Positions 18,730 to 29,480 of a stretch of DNA of 64,000 bases are shown here, in pieces. Below the pieces are notes generated by a model, which searched no databases, was not told where the DNA came from, and saw only the letters and a program-made list of their open reading frames with translations. The translations under genes and the position numbers were made by a program. Source of the DNA: a virus (taxonomy: Duplodnaviria; Heunggongvirae; Uroviricota; Caudoviricetes); the IMG/VR virus record IMGVR_UViG_3300029604_000306; one strand, written 5' to 3'. The first letter of the stretch is position 1. The number at the start of each line of letters is the position of its first letter.

Positions 18730-20064
18730 TCAAATATTCGAATCATCCCAATTATCACTGTCACTGTTAAATAAATCATCAAAGATATTTCCGCTGCCGC
18801 TATTGATATCCGGCAAATCGGAAGGCAACGGCTCTTCGGGCTCCATGACAATTCCAAAGTCATCAGGCAGGTCAATATCCGGCTCTGAGGGTTCTGTAAA
18901 ATCCGATTCCGAGAACGGTTTCTTCTGTCCTGGATTCGCAGCTGTATTGTTGTTTTCCGTTTTTGCATCCGGCTGTGCAGATTGTGTTTCTGGATTCTGT
19001 GTATTCTTTTTCTGCCTCCTTCGGTCCTTTCTGGATTTTTTCTTTCCGTTTTTGTCAACAACAGTAGCGGTGGTAGTAACAGCGACAGAATCACTGGATT
19101 GTTCGTCTGTTTTTGGTTGCTTTACCTCAGGCTGTTTTTCCAGCCGTGTCGGCTTTGAACCTGCATCCTCTTTGTTTTGTGTAGATGTGTTCTTCTTAGT
19201 GATTTTCGGAGCATCTGTTTTTGGCTGGCCGGATGGAGCCGCGTCGTTTTTTTTAGTTTTTTCGACGGATAGGGAAGTCTGAGGTTCGGGTTTCTTCTCT
19301 TCAGATGTATCCTTTGTGTTGCCAACAGTTTTTCTTTCGGAAGACTGTTTGTCTTTTTCTTTTTTCTCGGTTTTTTCTGGTTTCTTTGTTTCTTTTAAAA
19401 CGGGTTCGGGTCTGGGCTCTGTTTTTGGAAGTTCCTTTTTGACTTCTCCCTTATTTAATACAGGCTGTGCCTGTTCTTGGTTTTCTGGTTTTGCATCGTC
19501 TGGAATTGAATTGCCCATATTTTCAGGCTCCACGCTGATTTGAACAGATTGCCCTTCTTTCTTCGCGTTTGGTTCTTCGTCTGGGCTTTCTAAGACTTCC
19601 TGTGTTTTAGATTTGGAGTCTTCCGGGTAATAGTATCTGGCCAGCTGTGCTAGGTCAATCGGGCCAAAATACTCTTTGACTGCATCCTCTGCCGTCTGCG
19701 GGAAGACTGGCCCGTCCTGTGCCGGGGAGCCCGGTCCACTTTCTGTGTTATCCTCGCTATTTTCACTGCTGCGGTCACTCGTAGTGTCTGACTCGCCGAG
19801 ATTGACAGCAGCAAACAATTCGGCTGATGTTTTATTCAGTTCTTCCTCTTTTTTAGCCAGTTCTTTTTCCAGGTTTTTTATTTTTGAATCCATGTTCTTC
19901 ATCCTGTCTTCGCGGATAAAAAAGTCGTGTACGTTTCGTTTTACCGTATTTTTCAAAACTGAGAACATGGATGACGGTTTTGATGCTTGTTTTAGTTCTT
20001 TTTTTAATTTTTGTATCTCTTCGTTTTGTTTTTTAAGCAGTTCATCTTTATTTTCTGGCATCAT
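18730..20064 (-). CDS. hypothetical protein (N-terminal coiled coil, long disordered region)
   Basis: 444-aa ORF, GAAGGTG RBS, minus-strand GCATATT at about 20101. Confidence 0.7.
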   Translation of the reverse strand: MMPENKDELLKKQNEEIQKLKKELKQASKPSSMFSVLKNTVKRNVHDFFIREDRMKNMDSKIKNLEKELAKKEEELNKTSAELFAAVNLGESDTTSDRSSENSEDNTESGPGSPAQDGPVFPQTAEDAVKEYFGPIDLAQLARYYYPEDSKSKTQEVLESPDEEPNAKKEGQSVQISVEPENMGNSIPDDAKPENQEQAQPVLNKGEVKKELPKTEPRPEPVLKETKKPEKTEKKEKDKQSSERKTVGNTKDTSEEKKPEPQTSLSVEKTKKNDAAPSGQPKTDAPKITKKNTSTQNKEDAGSKPTRLEKQPEVKQPKTDEQSSDSVAVTTTATVVDKNGKKKSRKDRRRQKKNTQNPETQSAQPDAKTENNNTAANPGQKKPFSESDFTEPSEPDIDLPDDFGIVMEPEEPLPSDLPDINSGSGNIFDDLFNSDSDNWDDSNI

Positions 20065-20189
20065 GTGTCACCTTCTTTCTGGTTTTTTCTCTTTATGTTT
20101 AATATGCAAAACGGGCGGATTTTTTGACATAAAAAGGTTTTGGCATATTAAAGATGAAATTATCTTTACAAAGAAAGGTGGAAAAATAT

Positions 20190-20777
20190 ATGGGAGCAAT
20201 TGATAAAAAAGAAGCACATAAGGTTTTCGGTGAGGTCTGGAAGATGTTTAATACAGTCAGAAAGAATGATACCGATGACGGATGGAAAGCATGCATGGAT
20301 GAGGCAAACAGGATTCATGCTGAATATCCATCTGAATTTTATAAAACGGTTGTCCTGGCTGTTGTTGCTGAAGCGGAGAGAGAGGCAAGATTGAATCCGT
20401 CTGACCGTCAGAAAGAGTATAAGAATGCCGGAACGGTTTTTCAGGCTGCGTGGAAGATGTTTGAAACGTTTGCTGATGATATAGAGTCATTTAAGACAAG
20501 CGGTATGAAAGCATTGAGTGATTTTAATACAAAATTCAGCGGAAAATTTGCAGAGAAGATGGGCAGTGCCGTTTATAAAGCACTTTGCAGGGCAGCAAAT
20601 GGCAAGGGCTCTTTCATGACAGATGCTTTTTCGTTTTATCAGGAATTCCAGGATGGAATTTCTGACAAGTCAGAAGCAGATGCATATAAAAAAGCGGAAA
20701 ACATCATTAACGTACATCCGGAACACATGCTGCAGATGATGAATCTGTATGCAGACCTTCGGGCGGCTGCACGATAG
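20190..20777 (+). CDS. hypothetical protein
   Basis: ORF with AAGGTGG RBS; GCATATT at 20143. Confidence 0.7.
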   Translation: MGAIDKKEAHKVFGEVWKMFNTVRKNDTDDGWKACMDEANRIHAEYPSEFYKTVVLAVVAEAEREARLNPSDRQKEYKNAGTVFQAAWKMFETFADDIESFKTSGMKALSDFNTKFSGKFAEKMGSAVYKALCRAANGKGSFMTDAFSFYQEFQDGISDKSEADAYKKAENIINVHPEHMLQMMNLYADLRAAAR

Positions 20778-20791
20778 AAAGGAGTTTTTTT

Positions 20792-21292
20792 ATGAAAGAT
20801 GACAAGGCTTTATATGGAGAGTCTGACCTTTTTGAGATGATTGATGCTTCAGAGGAAAGGAATACAAAAGGCGTTAATATCTCTGCGGCACTTGAAGCAA
20901 AAGCAGTCAAGGAAGAAGAGATAAAAAAGTCGGCAAAAGAATTGGAACCGTTTAGTTCTGAAGAGTTGGAAGGGTATACAATGCCCGGTAACGATTTATC
21001 CAGCATGCAGATTGTCTGTGGCAGGATATCGGAAATCACAGCAGAGGATGAACAGGCAGTAATCACTGTTGAGGCTCGTGATGGGTCTGGCTCTGTAGTA
21101 ATCCGCGCAAGAAAAGAAGATGTGCTAGATAAGGCAAAGACTATGCAGAAGGGCGACCCGGTCACGGCAGTAGTTGACGGCGAAAAGGAATGTGTCAATT
21201 TAAGATTCGGGCCAATCTATGGTCAGGTATGTATCAGGCTCAGAAAAAAGACGAACAAAAAAGTCGGCCTGAACTGCGTTGTTTCTATGTAA
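20792..21292 (+). CDS. hypothetical protein (possible OB fold)
   Basis: AGGAG RBS; beta-rich C-terminal half. Confidence 0.6.
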   Translation: MKDDKALYGESDLFEMIDASEERNTKGVNISAALEAKAVKEEEIKKSAKELEPFSSEELEGYTMPGNDLSSMQIVCGRISEITAEDEQAVITVEARDGSGSVVIRARKEDVLDKAKTMQKGDPVTAVVDGEKECVNLRFGPIYGQVCIRLRKKTNKKVGLNCVVSM

Positions 21293-21458
21293 GTAAAGAT
21301 TGCAAAAAGGAATCTGGCGAAAGTCAGGTTCTTTTTTTGTGTGCAAAAAAGAAAAATAAAAAATTTCGCTAAAAACGAAAAAACTTTTCAAATTCCGGCA
21401 TATTGTATCTGACTTGGAAACGAACTTAAAAAAATGCAAAAAGGAGATTTTGAAAAGA

Positions 21459-24400
21459 ATGTCAGAAATTAAGAGATTAAGAAAAATGGCAGATAAAATA
21501 TATGCAAAGATGGAAAGCATGCAGCGCCTGACAGACAGTGAGCTGAAAGGCAAAACAGACGAGTTTAAATTGAGGCTGAAAAACGGCGAAACCGTGGACC
21601 AGATTATGCCTGATGCGTATGCAGCAGTGGGAGAGGCGGCTTACCGAAGCATTGGTTTAAGACCATATAAAGTGCAAATTATGGGTGCAATTGCGCTGAA
21701 TGAAGGAAAGATTGCGGAAATGAAGACTGGAGAAGGAAAGAGCTGTTCATTAGATACGCCAATTCCGACCCCAGAAGGCTGGAAAACGGCTGGCGATATT
21801 AAGGTTGGAGATGTAATGTTTGGAAGAAACGGAAAACCAACGAAAGTACTTGGAGTATATCCACAGGGAAAGAAACGGATTTATGAAGTGCATCTCTCCG
21901 ATGGCCGTATGGTAGAAGTGGCTGATGAACATTTATGGAGTGTATATCAGGCTGGAAGAAAAGGACTAAAGACTTTAAATACAGTAGATATGTACAATGA
22001 AGGATTACGAAAAGGAAAGGCTTATAGGTTTAAACTTCCGATGAATGATGCAGTAGAATATGCTGACGCTACGCTACCAGTAGACCCATATATGCTTGGG
22101 GCTTTCCTTGGAAATGGTTGTAAAGATTCTCAACATACTCTTGGCTTATCAAGTGGAAACGAATTTGTTCCAAATGAAATAGCTAGAATCATTGAATGTA
22201 AAACACGAAAAAGAAAAAGCGCGCATACTTGGTATTTTTATAAAGAAGATGACAATTCAAGGTTTTTAAGTAAAACATTTCCAGATGAATATGATTTACT
22301 ATTGACACAGACAAAATGCGGAGATAAATATATCCCGGATATCTACAAAACTGCATCCATTGAACAGCGCTGGGCGTTGCTTCAGGGATTATTTGATACA
22401 GATGGTTGCATTGAAGACAAAGACCGTTTTCACCTTACATATTCAACCACATCAGCAAAACTTCGTGATGATATCTGCGAAGTGATTTATTCCCTTGGTA
22501 TGTCATGTTCCTGGTGGTTGTCAAGAAAGGCCGGCATCAGAACTGCAAAATCAGACCAGTATACAATCAACGTTAATGTTGATAATGATATGAAGAAGAA
22601 ATTCTTCCGTTATCCATTTAAACTGGAACGCGCGCTGATGGCTGAGAAAGCAGGCAATAAACGAAAACACTATGACAGAATTGCTATCAAAGACATTGTA
22701 AAAAAAGAAGAGGAAACAGAGATGGTATGTTTTACTGTAGATAATGAAGAGCATCTGTTCCTGTGTGGAAATTATGTTGTAACGCACAATACTCTTGTTG
22801 CTGCGCTTCCAGCGTATCTCAACGCTCTTGAAGGCAAAGGGGTTCATATTGTAACTGTTAACGATTACCTTGCAGAACGTGATGCGGAAGATATTGGAAG
22901 AATCCATCGTTTCATGGGTCTTACCGTCGGATGTATCTTAAAGACGACATCACCGGAAGAAAAGAAAAAAGAATATGCAAAAGATATCACATACATTACG
23001 AATACAGAACTTGGTTTTGACTATCTGAGAGACAATATGGCGCAGCGGATGGAAGACAAGATGCAGCGAGGATTCCATTTCTGCATTATTGATGAGGTGG
23101 ACTCTGTACTGATTGATGAAGCGAGGACTCCGCTTATTGTTTCCGGAAACAGCGGCAAGTCTACAAAACTATATATCGCATGTAATGAACTAGCAAAACA
23201 GCTGGAAAAAGGAGAAGTAACAGAATTATCAAAAGTGGACCTGATGGCAGGGGAGAGGCCAGAAGAGACTGGCGATTATACGGTTGATGAAGAGCACCGC
23301 ATCGTTACCCTCACGCTGCAGGGAATCAAGAAGTGCGAAAAATACTTCGGAATTGACAACCTGGCAGACAGAGAATATACAGAGTTATACCATAACATCC
23401 TGGCAGCACTGAAAGCGCATAACCTGATGAAGAAAGATAAGGATTATGTTGTTAAGAATGGCGAGGTCCTGATTGTAGATTCATTCACAGGACGTATCCA
23501 GCCGGGACGCCGTTATTCCGATGGCCTGCATCAGGCGCTTGAGGCAAAAGAAGGGGTTGAAGTCAAAGAAGAAACTTCTACATATGCAACCGTTACATAT
23601 CAGAATTTCTTTAACAAATACGATAAGAAATGCGGAATGACGGGAACAGCGTCTACTGAAAGGAAAGAATTTAAAGACATTTATCATATGTCTGTTGTAA
23701 AGATACCGACAAACAAGCCGGTACAGAGGGTTGATGACTCCGACAAGATGTTCTTGACTAGACAGTCAAAATTTAAAGCGGTTGTTGACGAAATTAAAAA
23801 AACGCATGAGACCGGGCAGCCGATTCTGGTAGGTACATCAACTATTCAGGACTCTGAAATTCTGGATAAGATGCTGAAAGAAGAAGGTCTTCCACATACT
23901 GTACTGAACGCCAAGTTCCTAGAGAAAGAGGCCGAAATCATTGCAAAGGCTGGAACGAAAGGCTCAATCACCATTGCAACAAACATGGCCGGAAGAGGAA
24001 CAGATATCAAACTTGATGATGATGCGAGAGCAGCCGGCGGCCTTAAGGTAATCGGCACACAGCGCCATGAGTCAAGAAGGATTGACAACCAGTTGAAAGG
24101 ACGTTCCGGCAGACAGGGCGACCCTGGCGAATCTATCTTCTTCCTTTCTCTTGATGATGAGGTGCTCAGGCTTTACGGCTCAGAGCGTATGAAAAATATG
24201 TTAAGTCTGGCAGGTATGAAAAATGAAGAAAGCCTTGAAAATGGAACTGTAAATAAATTTGTCAAGAAAGCACAGACTGTGATTGAGGATAATAACTTCG
24301 GAGCAAGAAAGAATGTCCTGAAATTTGATAAGGTAAACAATGAGCAGCGTGAACTGATTTACGCAGAACGTGATGCTATCCTTGAAAAAGCAGATACCAG

Positions 24401-24896
24401 AAGTACGATGGTGACAATGATTGAAGATTCTATCAATATGGTCATTGATAAACACGCTCCGGATAAGAAGGTAACAGATGCACAGTATCAGGAAATCCGT
24501 AAAGAAATTGAAGTTCTGGTCCATGGCATTAAAAGCCCGGAATATGAGCCAAATATGAAGAAGAAGAGGCTTTCTGAGCTTTACATCAACGCCGCAAAAG
24601 ACAAATACGTTGACAGGGAAAGAGAGTGGCCGGATATTAATGTATTCAGAGAATTTGAACGCCAGATTATCCTGAGATGTATTGATATCAAATGGATGCA
24701 GCATATTAATGACCTGGAAATCCTGCGCCAGAACATTGCCCTTGTGGGATATGGACAGAAGGACCCAGCGATTGTGTACAAACTGAAAGCATTTGACATG
24801 TTCAATAAGATGTCTGATGAGATTAAAACAGACTCCGTATACACACTGTTTTCTTCAAGACTGAAATCTTCAGCGGCAAATAACGGCGCGGCTTAA
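21459..24896 (+). CDS. secA: preprotein translocase SecA containing an intein
   Basis: AEMKTGEGK|TL, VHIVTVNDYLA, DEVDSVLIDEARTPL, TNMAGRGTDI, RRIDNQLKGRSGRQGDPG. Confidence 0.95.
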   Translation: MSEIKRLRKMADKIYAKMESMQRLTDSELKGKTDEFKLRLKNGETVDQIMPDAYAAVGEAAYRSIGLRPYKVQIMGAIALNEGKIAEMKTGEGKSCSLDTPIPTPEGWKTAGDIKVGDVMFGRNGKPTKVLGVYPQGKKRIYEVHLSDGRMVEVADEHLWSVYQAGRKGLKTLNTVDMYNEGLRKGKAYRFKLPMNDAVEYADATLPVDPYMLGAFLGNGCKDSQHTLGLSSGNEFVPNEIARIIECKTRKRKSAHTWYFYKEDDNSRFLSKTFPDEYDLLLTQTKCGDKYIPDIYKTASIEQRWALLQGLFDTDGCIEDKDRFHLTYSTTSAKLRDDICEVIYSLGMSCSWWLSRKAGIRTAKSDQYTINVNVDNDMKKKFFRYPFKLERALMAEKAGNKRKHYDRIAIKDIVKKEEETEMVCFTVDNEEHLFLCGNYVVTHNTLVAALPAYLNALEGKGVHIVTVNDYLAERDAEDIGRIHRFMGLTVGCILKTTSPEEKKKEYAKDITYITNTELGFDYLRDNMAQRMEDKMQRGFHFCIIDEVDSVLIDEARTPLIVSGNSGKSTKLYIACNELAKQLEKGEVTELSKVDLMAGERPEETGDYTVDEEHRIVTLTLQGIKKCEKYFGIDNLADREYTELYHNILAALKAHNLMKKDKDYVVKNGEVLIVDSFTGRIQPGRRYSDGLHQALEAKEGVEVKEETSTYATVTYQNFFNKYDKKCGMTGTASTERKEFKDIYHMSVVKIPTNKPVQRVDDSDKMFLTRQSKFKAVVDEIKKTHETGQPILVGTSTIQDSEILDKMLKEEGLPHTVLNAKFLEKEAEIIAKAGTKGSITIATNMAGRGTDIKLDDDARAAGGLKVIGTQRHESRRIDNQLKGRSGRQGDPGESIFFLSLDDEVLRLYGSERMKNMLSLAGMKNEESLENGTVNKFVKKAQTVIEDNNFGARKNVLKFDKVNNEQRELIYAERDAILEKADTRSTMVTMIEDSINMVIDKHAPDKKVTDAQYQEIRKEIEVLVHGIKSPEYEPNMKKKRLSELYINAAKDKYVDREREWPDINVFREFERQIILRCIDIKWMQHINDLEILRQNIALVGYGQKDPAIVYKLKAFDMFNKMSDEIKTDSVYTLFSSRLKSSAANNGAA
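21741..22790 (+). mobile_element. 350-aa intein with LAGLIDADG homing endonuclease in the SecA Walker A motif
   Basis: SCSLDTPIPTP start, EHLW, DPYMLGAFLGNG, LQGLFDTDG, VCFTVD, VTHN|T end. Confidence 0.93.
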
Positions 24897-24918
24897 AAAA
24901 GAAGAAAAATACATAGAG

Positions 24919-24950
24919 GCCCGAGATAAGGATATCTCGGGCTATTTTTT
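24919..24950 (+). terminator. intrinsic terminator after secA
   Basis: GCCCGAGATA-agga-TATCTCGGGC followed by a T tract. Confidence 0.8.
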
Positions 24951-25029
24951 CGCAAAGAATTTTGCATCTGGATTTGTTTTGCATATTTGTGTAGTATAGG
25001 AAACATACAAAAAAGAGGAGGAAAAATAA

Positions 25030-25977
25030 ATGTTAAAAAAGTTCAGGATGATGCTGGCTGGAGCTATTGCTGCAGTTGTGGTAATCAGTGGAAGTAATGT
25101 CGGATGGATGCAGCAAACAGAAGTTCAGGCAGCGACAGATTTGAGCCAGGTTCCTGGCTACACAGGAAGCCCATATACTGTTGTCAATGACAATGAGCCG
25201 GATTTTGCAAAATCGGATTTCACGACAGATGCTTTTGAGGACTATGGCGATTTGGATAGTCTTGGGCGATGCGGTGTGGCTTATGCAAACATCTGCAAAG
25301 AGTTAATGCCGACAGAAAAGCGCGGAAGGATTGGTATGGTTAAGCCCTCCGGATGGCATACCGTCAAATATCCGGATATCATCAAAGACCGGTACTTATA
25401 CAACCGCTGTCACCTTATTGGATTTCAGCTGGCCGGGGAGAATGCAAATGAGAAAAACCTGATAACCGGAACACGATATCTGAATGTGGAGGGAATGCTC
25501 CCGTTTGAAGATGAAGTGGCAGATTATGTTAAAGAAACCGGAAACCATGTACTCTATCGTGTAACTCCGGTTTTTGACGGAGATAATCTGGTTGCTTCCG
25601 GAGTGCAGATGGAAGCAGAGTCCGTGGAAGATTCCGGAGCAGGTGTCAAATTCAATGTGTATTGCTATAATGTGCAGCCTGGTATTGGAATTGATTATGC
25701 AACAGGCGACAGCTGGGTAGACCAGGAGTCAGTCGTGGACGGAGAGCCGGATGTGGGCGGAAACGCTGACACGAGTTCTGCAAGCGGTGTGTCTGGGAAT
25801 TCTAGTGGCGCGACAGAACAGACGGAATATGTAATTAATACAAATACTGGAAAATTTCATAAACCGAGTTGTAACAGCGTAAAAAAGATGAAAACAAAAA
25901 ACAAAAAAGAATATACCGGCAGCAGGGAAGAACTGATTTCAGAAGGTTATGAGCCTTGTGGAAGTTGCAAGCCGTAG
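25030..25977 (+). CDS. secreted DNA/RNA non-specific endonuclease with C-terminal Ada-type metal-binding domain
   Basis: LDSLGRC, YNRCHLIG, NLITGTRYLN; C-terminal KFHKPSC..GYEPCGSCKP. Confidence 0.88.
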   Translation: MLKKFRMMLAGAIAAVVVISGSNVGWMQQTEVQAATDLSQVPGYTGSPYTVVNDNEPDFAKSDFTTDAFEDYGDLDSLGRCGVAYANICKELMPTEKRGRIGMVKPSGWHTVKYPDIIKDRYLYNRCHLIGFQLAGENANEKNLITGTRYLNVEGMLPFEDEVADYVKETGNHVLYRVTPVFDGDNLVASGVQMEAESVEDSGAGVKFNVYCYNVQPGIGIDYATGDSWVDQESVVDGEPDVGGNADTSSASGVSGNSSGATEQTEYVINTNTGKFHKPSCNSVKKMKTKNKKEYTGSREELISEGYEPCGSCKP

Positions 25978-26040
25978 GAAGAGCAATAAAAAAAAGCATG
26001 CAATAAATATGCAGTCAGAACAAAAAAAAGGCAACTGGCA

Positions 26041-26673
26041 TTATTCCAGTTGTCTTTTTTGTTTGGATAGGTTTTTCTTTGTTTGTAAGTAAAATAATGG
26101 TTTTGAGTTGTTGATGTCGTCATTAGTGGTGTGCTCAACTTTAACTAAAAGCATTTGCTCATCTGGATTATCAACAAGGCAGTTGTATGTATAACTTTGG
26201 ATGGCTACATATTCATTGCAAAACTGTGTATCGGTGCAGATGGCAGCGTAATAAGAATAGAAGTTTTCGATTGGCTCTCTCCGCATGCTCCAAACCTGAC
26301 AATCTAAAACATGGATGTCGTAATCGTCTAACGCGCTAAATTGAAGTTTGTTATTCTTTTTGTATACAAGTAAAAATACAAAAAATATACAGATAAAGAT
26401 ATACGTCTGCATCGTTTCCTTTTCTAAGTGTCCATCCATGACAACATGGATAGTATTCCAGACAAGAAAAAATAAAACGACGGCTAAAAATGGAAGAAAG
26501 GAAGAAATAGTTACAGCCCTTAAGATTTTCATTGATTTTTTGGCATGTATAGCCTCATCCTTGTATGGCATACGAAAATTGTAAAAATCTTCTAAATTGT
26601 CCACGCGCGTTTTTCTTTTGATTTTGTCTTCGTTTCTGTACATTTCTCCTTTTACGGTTTTTTCTTTTGGCAT
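26041..26673 (-). CDS. two-TM hypothetical membrane protein (possible paralog of 29481..30056)
   Basis: Two hydrophobic segments; YAAICTDTQFCNE resembles YAVTDTEICTE. Confidence 0.6.
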   Translation of the reverse strand: MPKEKTVKGEMYRNEDKIKRKTRVDNLEDFYNFRMPYKDEAIHAKKSMKILRAVTISSFLPFLAVVLFFLVWNTIHVVMDGHLEKETMQTYIFICIFFVFLLVYKKNNKLQFSALDDYDIHVLDCQVWSMRREPIENFYSYYAAICTDTQFCNEYVAIQSYTYNCLVDNPDEQMLLVKVEHTTNDDINNSKPLFYLQTKKNLSKQKRQLE

Positions 26674-26916
26674 TGGTGATTTTCTCCTTTTGTGTATTTA
26701 TATTGTTTAATATGCCAAATAAGGATTTTCCTGTACCATTTTTGTACCAGCATTTCTTATCGACGGGCGGGAAAGCCTGGTCACGGTTTTTTAATCCGCT
26801 GATAAGGATTCAGAGTATTTCTCTTAACATGTTTTTTTTTGCATATTAAATATGTAAAAAATAATATTCGTCTCGTAAATATAACATAGAGACGCGCAAA
26901 GAAGGGAGAAAAAGAT

Positions 26917-27087
26917 ATGTCTAAAAAATTAAGCAAGAAAGAACTTCAGAAACTGGAACTGCAGATGGGTATCTCAAAGATTCAGCATGACCGTCCGCCG
27001 GTTGGAAGGCCAACTGTGTTTTACGGGAAGACCAATAAACAGAAACGGAGAGAAGGTCGAAGGATGGCGAAGGAGGGCTTCGTATAA
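26917..27087 (+). CDS. small basic protein, 56 aa (MSKKLSKKELQ...MAKEGFV)
   Basis: GGGAG RBS, GCATATT at 26841, hairpin+T terminator after the stop; below the ORF-track cutoff. Confidence 0.6.
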   Translation: MSKKLSKKELQKLELQMGISKIQHDRPPVGRPTVFYGKTNKQKRREGRRMAKEGFV

Positions 27088-27163
27088 CGCGAAGCCGTCT
27101 TTTTTTATGCAAAAAAAAAGAATACCACATTATTTTGTGGCATTCTTCGATAAAATTAGTCGT

Positions 27164-27751
27164 TTAAGCATACATCGCCTGGATTTCTCTGTCTGCTGCC
27201 TGGCGGTATGTATCCAGTGTATCTAATACTTCAGGGGTCAGGCTGATAACCTGCTTGTACTGCGCCAAGTGTTCGAGACTTGCCCAACAGTCCATAACTG
27301 AAGTACGAATCTGAACTTCTACCTTCATTTCTGGAAAGACTTCGTCGTCAGATGTGATTCCTAAAATGACGTGCAGGCTGCGATATCCACTGGGCTTTGG
27401 GTTTTTGATGTAATCCTTGATATGTAAAACCTGACATTTCGTATCACCGAAATCGTGGATTTTATCAAGGTTATCTGAAATCTTATACACATCAGAGATA
27501 GAATCTGTGATAATACGGATTCCAATGGCATCAGATTCCTCAACCAGCATAGAGTGATAATTAACTGGCAAACTGTCTGCCAGAATCTTCTTCTCCATAC
27601 TTTCCGGAGACTTTATCCTGGATACAATTCTGGATGTTTTTGCTCCGGAGAATTCGGCTGCAAATTTCGCAATGATGACCGCTTTGTCTTTGACAGTTTC
27701 CATATGGGTTAAGTGTGCTCCATAAAATTTTTCTTTTTCGTTTGTTTTCAT
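27164..27751 (-). CDS. small alarmone synthetase (RelA/SpoT synthetase domain)
   Basis: SRIKSPES, DAIGIRI, KDYIKNPKPSGYRSLH, EVQIRT..MDCWASLEH. Confidence 0.88.
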   Translation of the reverse strand: MKTNEKEKFYGAHLTHMETVKDKAVIIAKFAAEFSGAKTSRIVSRIKSPESMEKKILADSLPVNYHSMLVEESDAIGIRIITDSISDVYKISDNLDKIHDFGDTKCQVLHIKDYIKNPKPSGYRSLHVILGITSDDEVFPEMKVEVQIRTSVMDCWASLEHLAQYKQVISLTPEVLDTLDTYRQAADREIQAMYA

Positions 27752-27901
27752 TTTTTATTGCTCCCTTTCTTTATAAAACCAAAATTTCTCAGAATTAATA
27801 TGCAGAATAACAAAAAATATGAAACGCTTTAATTTTTTCTTTTTGGAAAATTTTTCATATTGTCTGTATGCAAAAAAATATATGCAGCAGGAGGAAAAAA
27901 T

Positions 27902-28570
27902 ATGAGCTATAAATTGGATATTAAAGATGATGCATTACGAATCTGTGGACTGTTTGGTACATATGAAGCGGCAGACGATGGAAGCGGGGGCTTTCTGGTT
28001 TCCGTTCAGCAGGATTCATGCGTAAATGAGATTGATGCGGATGGGGAGGAATACCTTGTTGACTTTGGGCAGGAATGGAGCGTTCCAGTAAAAAATCTGT
28101 CAGAGCTGAATGGTTTTATAAAAAGATGTGAAGAAGAGCGGTTATGGAATTACCTGCCAGGACCGGTGTTCCGGATGAAACCGGATATGGAAAACGGAAT
28201 CCTTTATATAAGAGGACAAAGCCGAAATTTCGTTATAGGAGAAGGGGATAAGGGTCTGTACGTAGATGAGTCCGCAAACACGAAAAACCATAATTATAAA
28301 GATGATTTGCTCGGTATCACCAGATATATGACAGCAGAGGATAAATGGTGGCAGCGACCAGCAGAAGAGACTATAGATATCGCCAGAAATATGAGGTGCG
28401 CTGCAATGATTACTTCCGGAGGTAATCTGCAGCTTGAATACAGGAATAAAAGTTTATGTATCGGACAGAAGGATGACGGAAGTTTTTGGGTCAACGTTTC
28501 CGGTGACCAGGAAAAACATATTTTCTTTAAAGACAACTGGAAAGAAGTGATTACATTGCTTGGAAACTGA
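27902..28570 (+). CDS. hypothetical protein
   Basis: GGAGG RBS; CATATT motif upstream. Confidence 0.65.
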   Translation: MSYKLDIKDDALRICGLFGTYEAADDGSGGFLVSVQQDSCVNEIDADGEEYLVDFGQEWSVPVKNLSELNGFIKRCEEERLWNYLPGPVFRMKPDMENGILYIRGQSRNFVIGEGDKGLYVDESANTKNHNYKDDLLGITRYMTAEDKWWQRPAEETIDIARNMRCAAMITSGGNLQLEYRNKSLCIGQKDDGSFWVNVSGDQEKHIFFKDNWKEVITLLGN

Positions 28571-28618
28571 AAATAGAGGAGAAGGCCTGAGGATAGGTCT
28601 TTCTCCTCTATTTTTTTG

Positions 28619-29347
28619 CTATTTTTTGGAAATTTTTTTGTTTATTTTTCGGAAATCTTTTATGGCCTGTTTTCCGATTTTAATGATTTTCGGAATGCTG
28701 ATTGAGTTTACGCCTCCCTGGCGTGGCCGAAATGTGATAGAAATATATTTAACACTGCATCCTTTTTTCGCATAAATAACTGACAGCAAAACATTGGAAA
28801 GGTTGAACCCATTTGGGATTAACTGAATATAGCGTTTTAACGTGTCAGTGTTCATTAAGCGGAATGGTGTGTTCGCGTCCTTCAGTGAAACACCGAAGCA
28901 TAAACGTAAGACTAACTTCAAGGTCTTTGTGACAAACACCCTTGAAAATCCGTCCTGTCTTCCCTTTCTCCATCCAATGACCATGTCATAGTCGCTGCGG
29001 TTCTGCCAAAATCCTTCAAATTCTGAAGCCAGCGTTTGACCATCAGAATCTGTCTGAAAAACATAATCGGCATTGTTCGCGATTGCATGCTGATATCCAT
29101 ATAATACAGTTCCACCGTGCCCGGAGTTCGTTTTTTTAACCGGGTGAAGCAGCGGTCTTGTCTCCGCTGCGGCGGAAATAATGTTGTATGTATCGTCCTT
29201 GCTTCCATCATCAATGATAACAAGCCGAGATTTCTGGTTTCCGTTGTGCTTTTCAACAACTGGATACCAATCATTGATAACGTTTAAGATGTTGTCTGCC
29301 TCATTATAGGCAGGGATGATGATATATAAAATGTCTTTTTCTGACAT
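28619..29347 (-). CDS. glycosyltransferase family 2
   Basis: IIIPAYNE, DDGSKD, NSGHG, QTDSDGQ. Confidence 0.9.
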   Translation of the reverse strand: MSEKDILYIIIPAYNEADNILNVINDWYPVVEKHNGNQKSRLVIIDDGSKDDTYNIISAAAETRPLLHPVKKTNSGHGGTVLYGYQHAIANNADYVFQTDSDGQTLASEFEGFWQNRSDYDMVIGWRKGRQDGFSRVFVTKTLKLVLRLCFGVSLKDANTPFRLMNTDTLKRYIQLIPNGFNLSNVLLSVIYAKKGCSVKYISITFRPRQGGVNSISIPKIIKIGKQAIKDFRKINKKISKK

Positions 29348-29480
29348 ATAAACAGCCTCCGTTCTGATTTAATATATATAGTATGCCTGATTCTCTCCGA
29401 GAAGGCAAAGGAAAGAAGGAAACTGAAAACAGAGAAGAAATAGTCCGCAAAAAAATAAGCAGCCGCATATGTGTGGCTGC

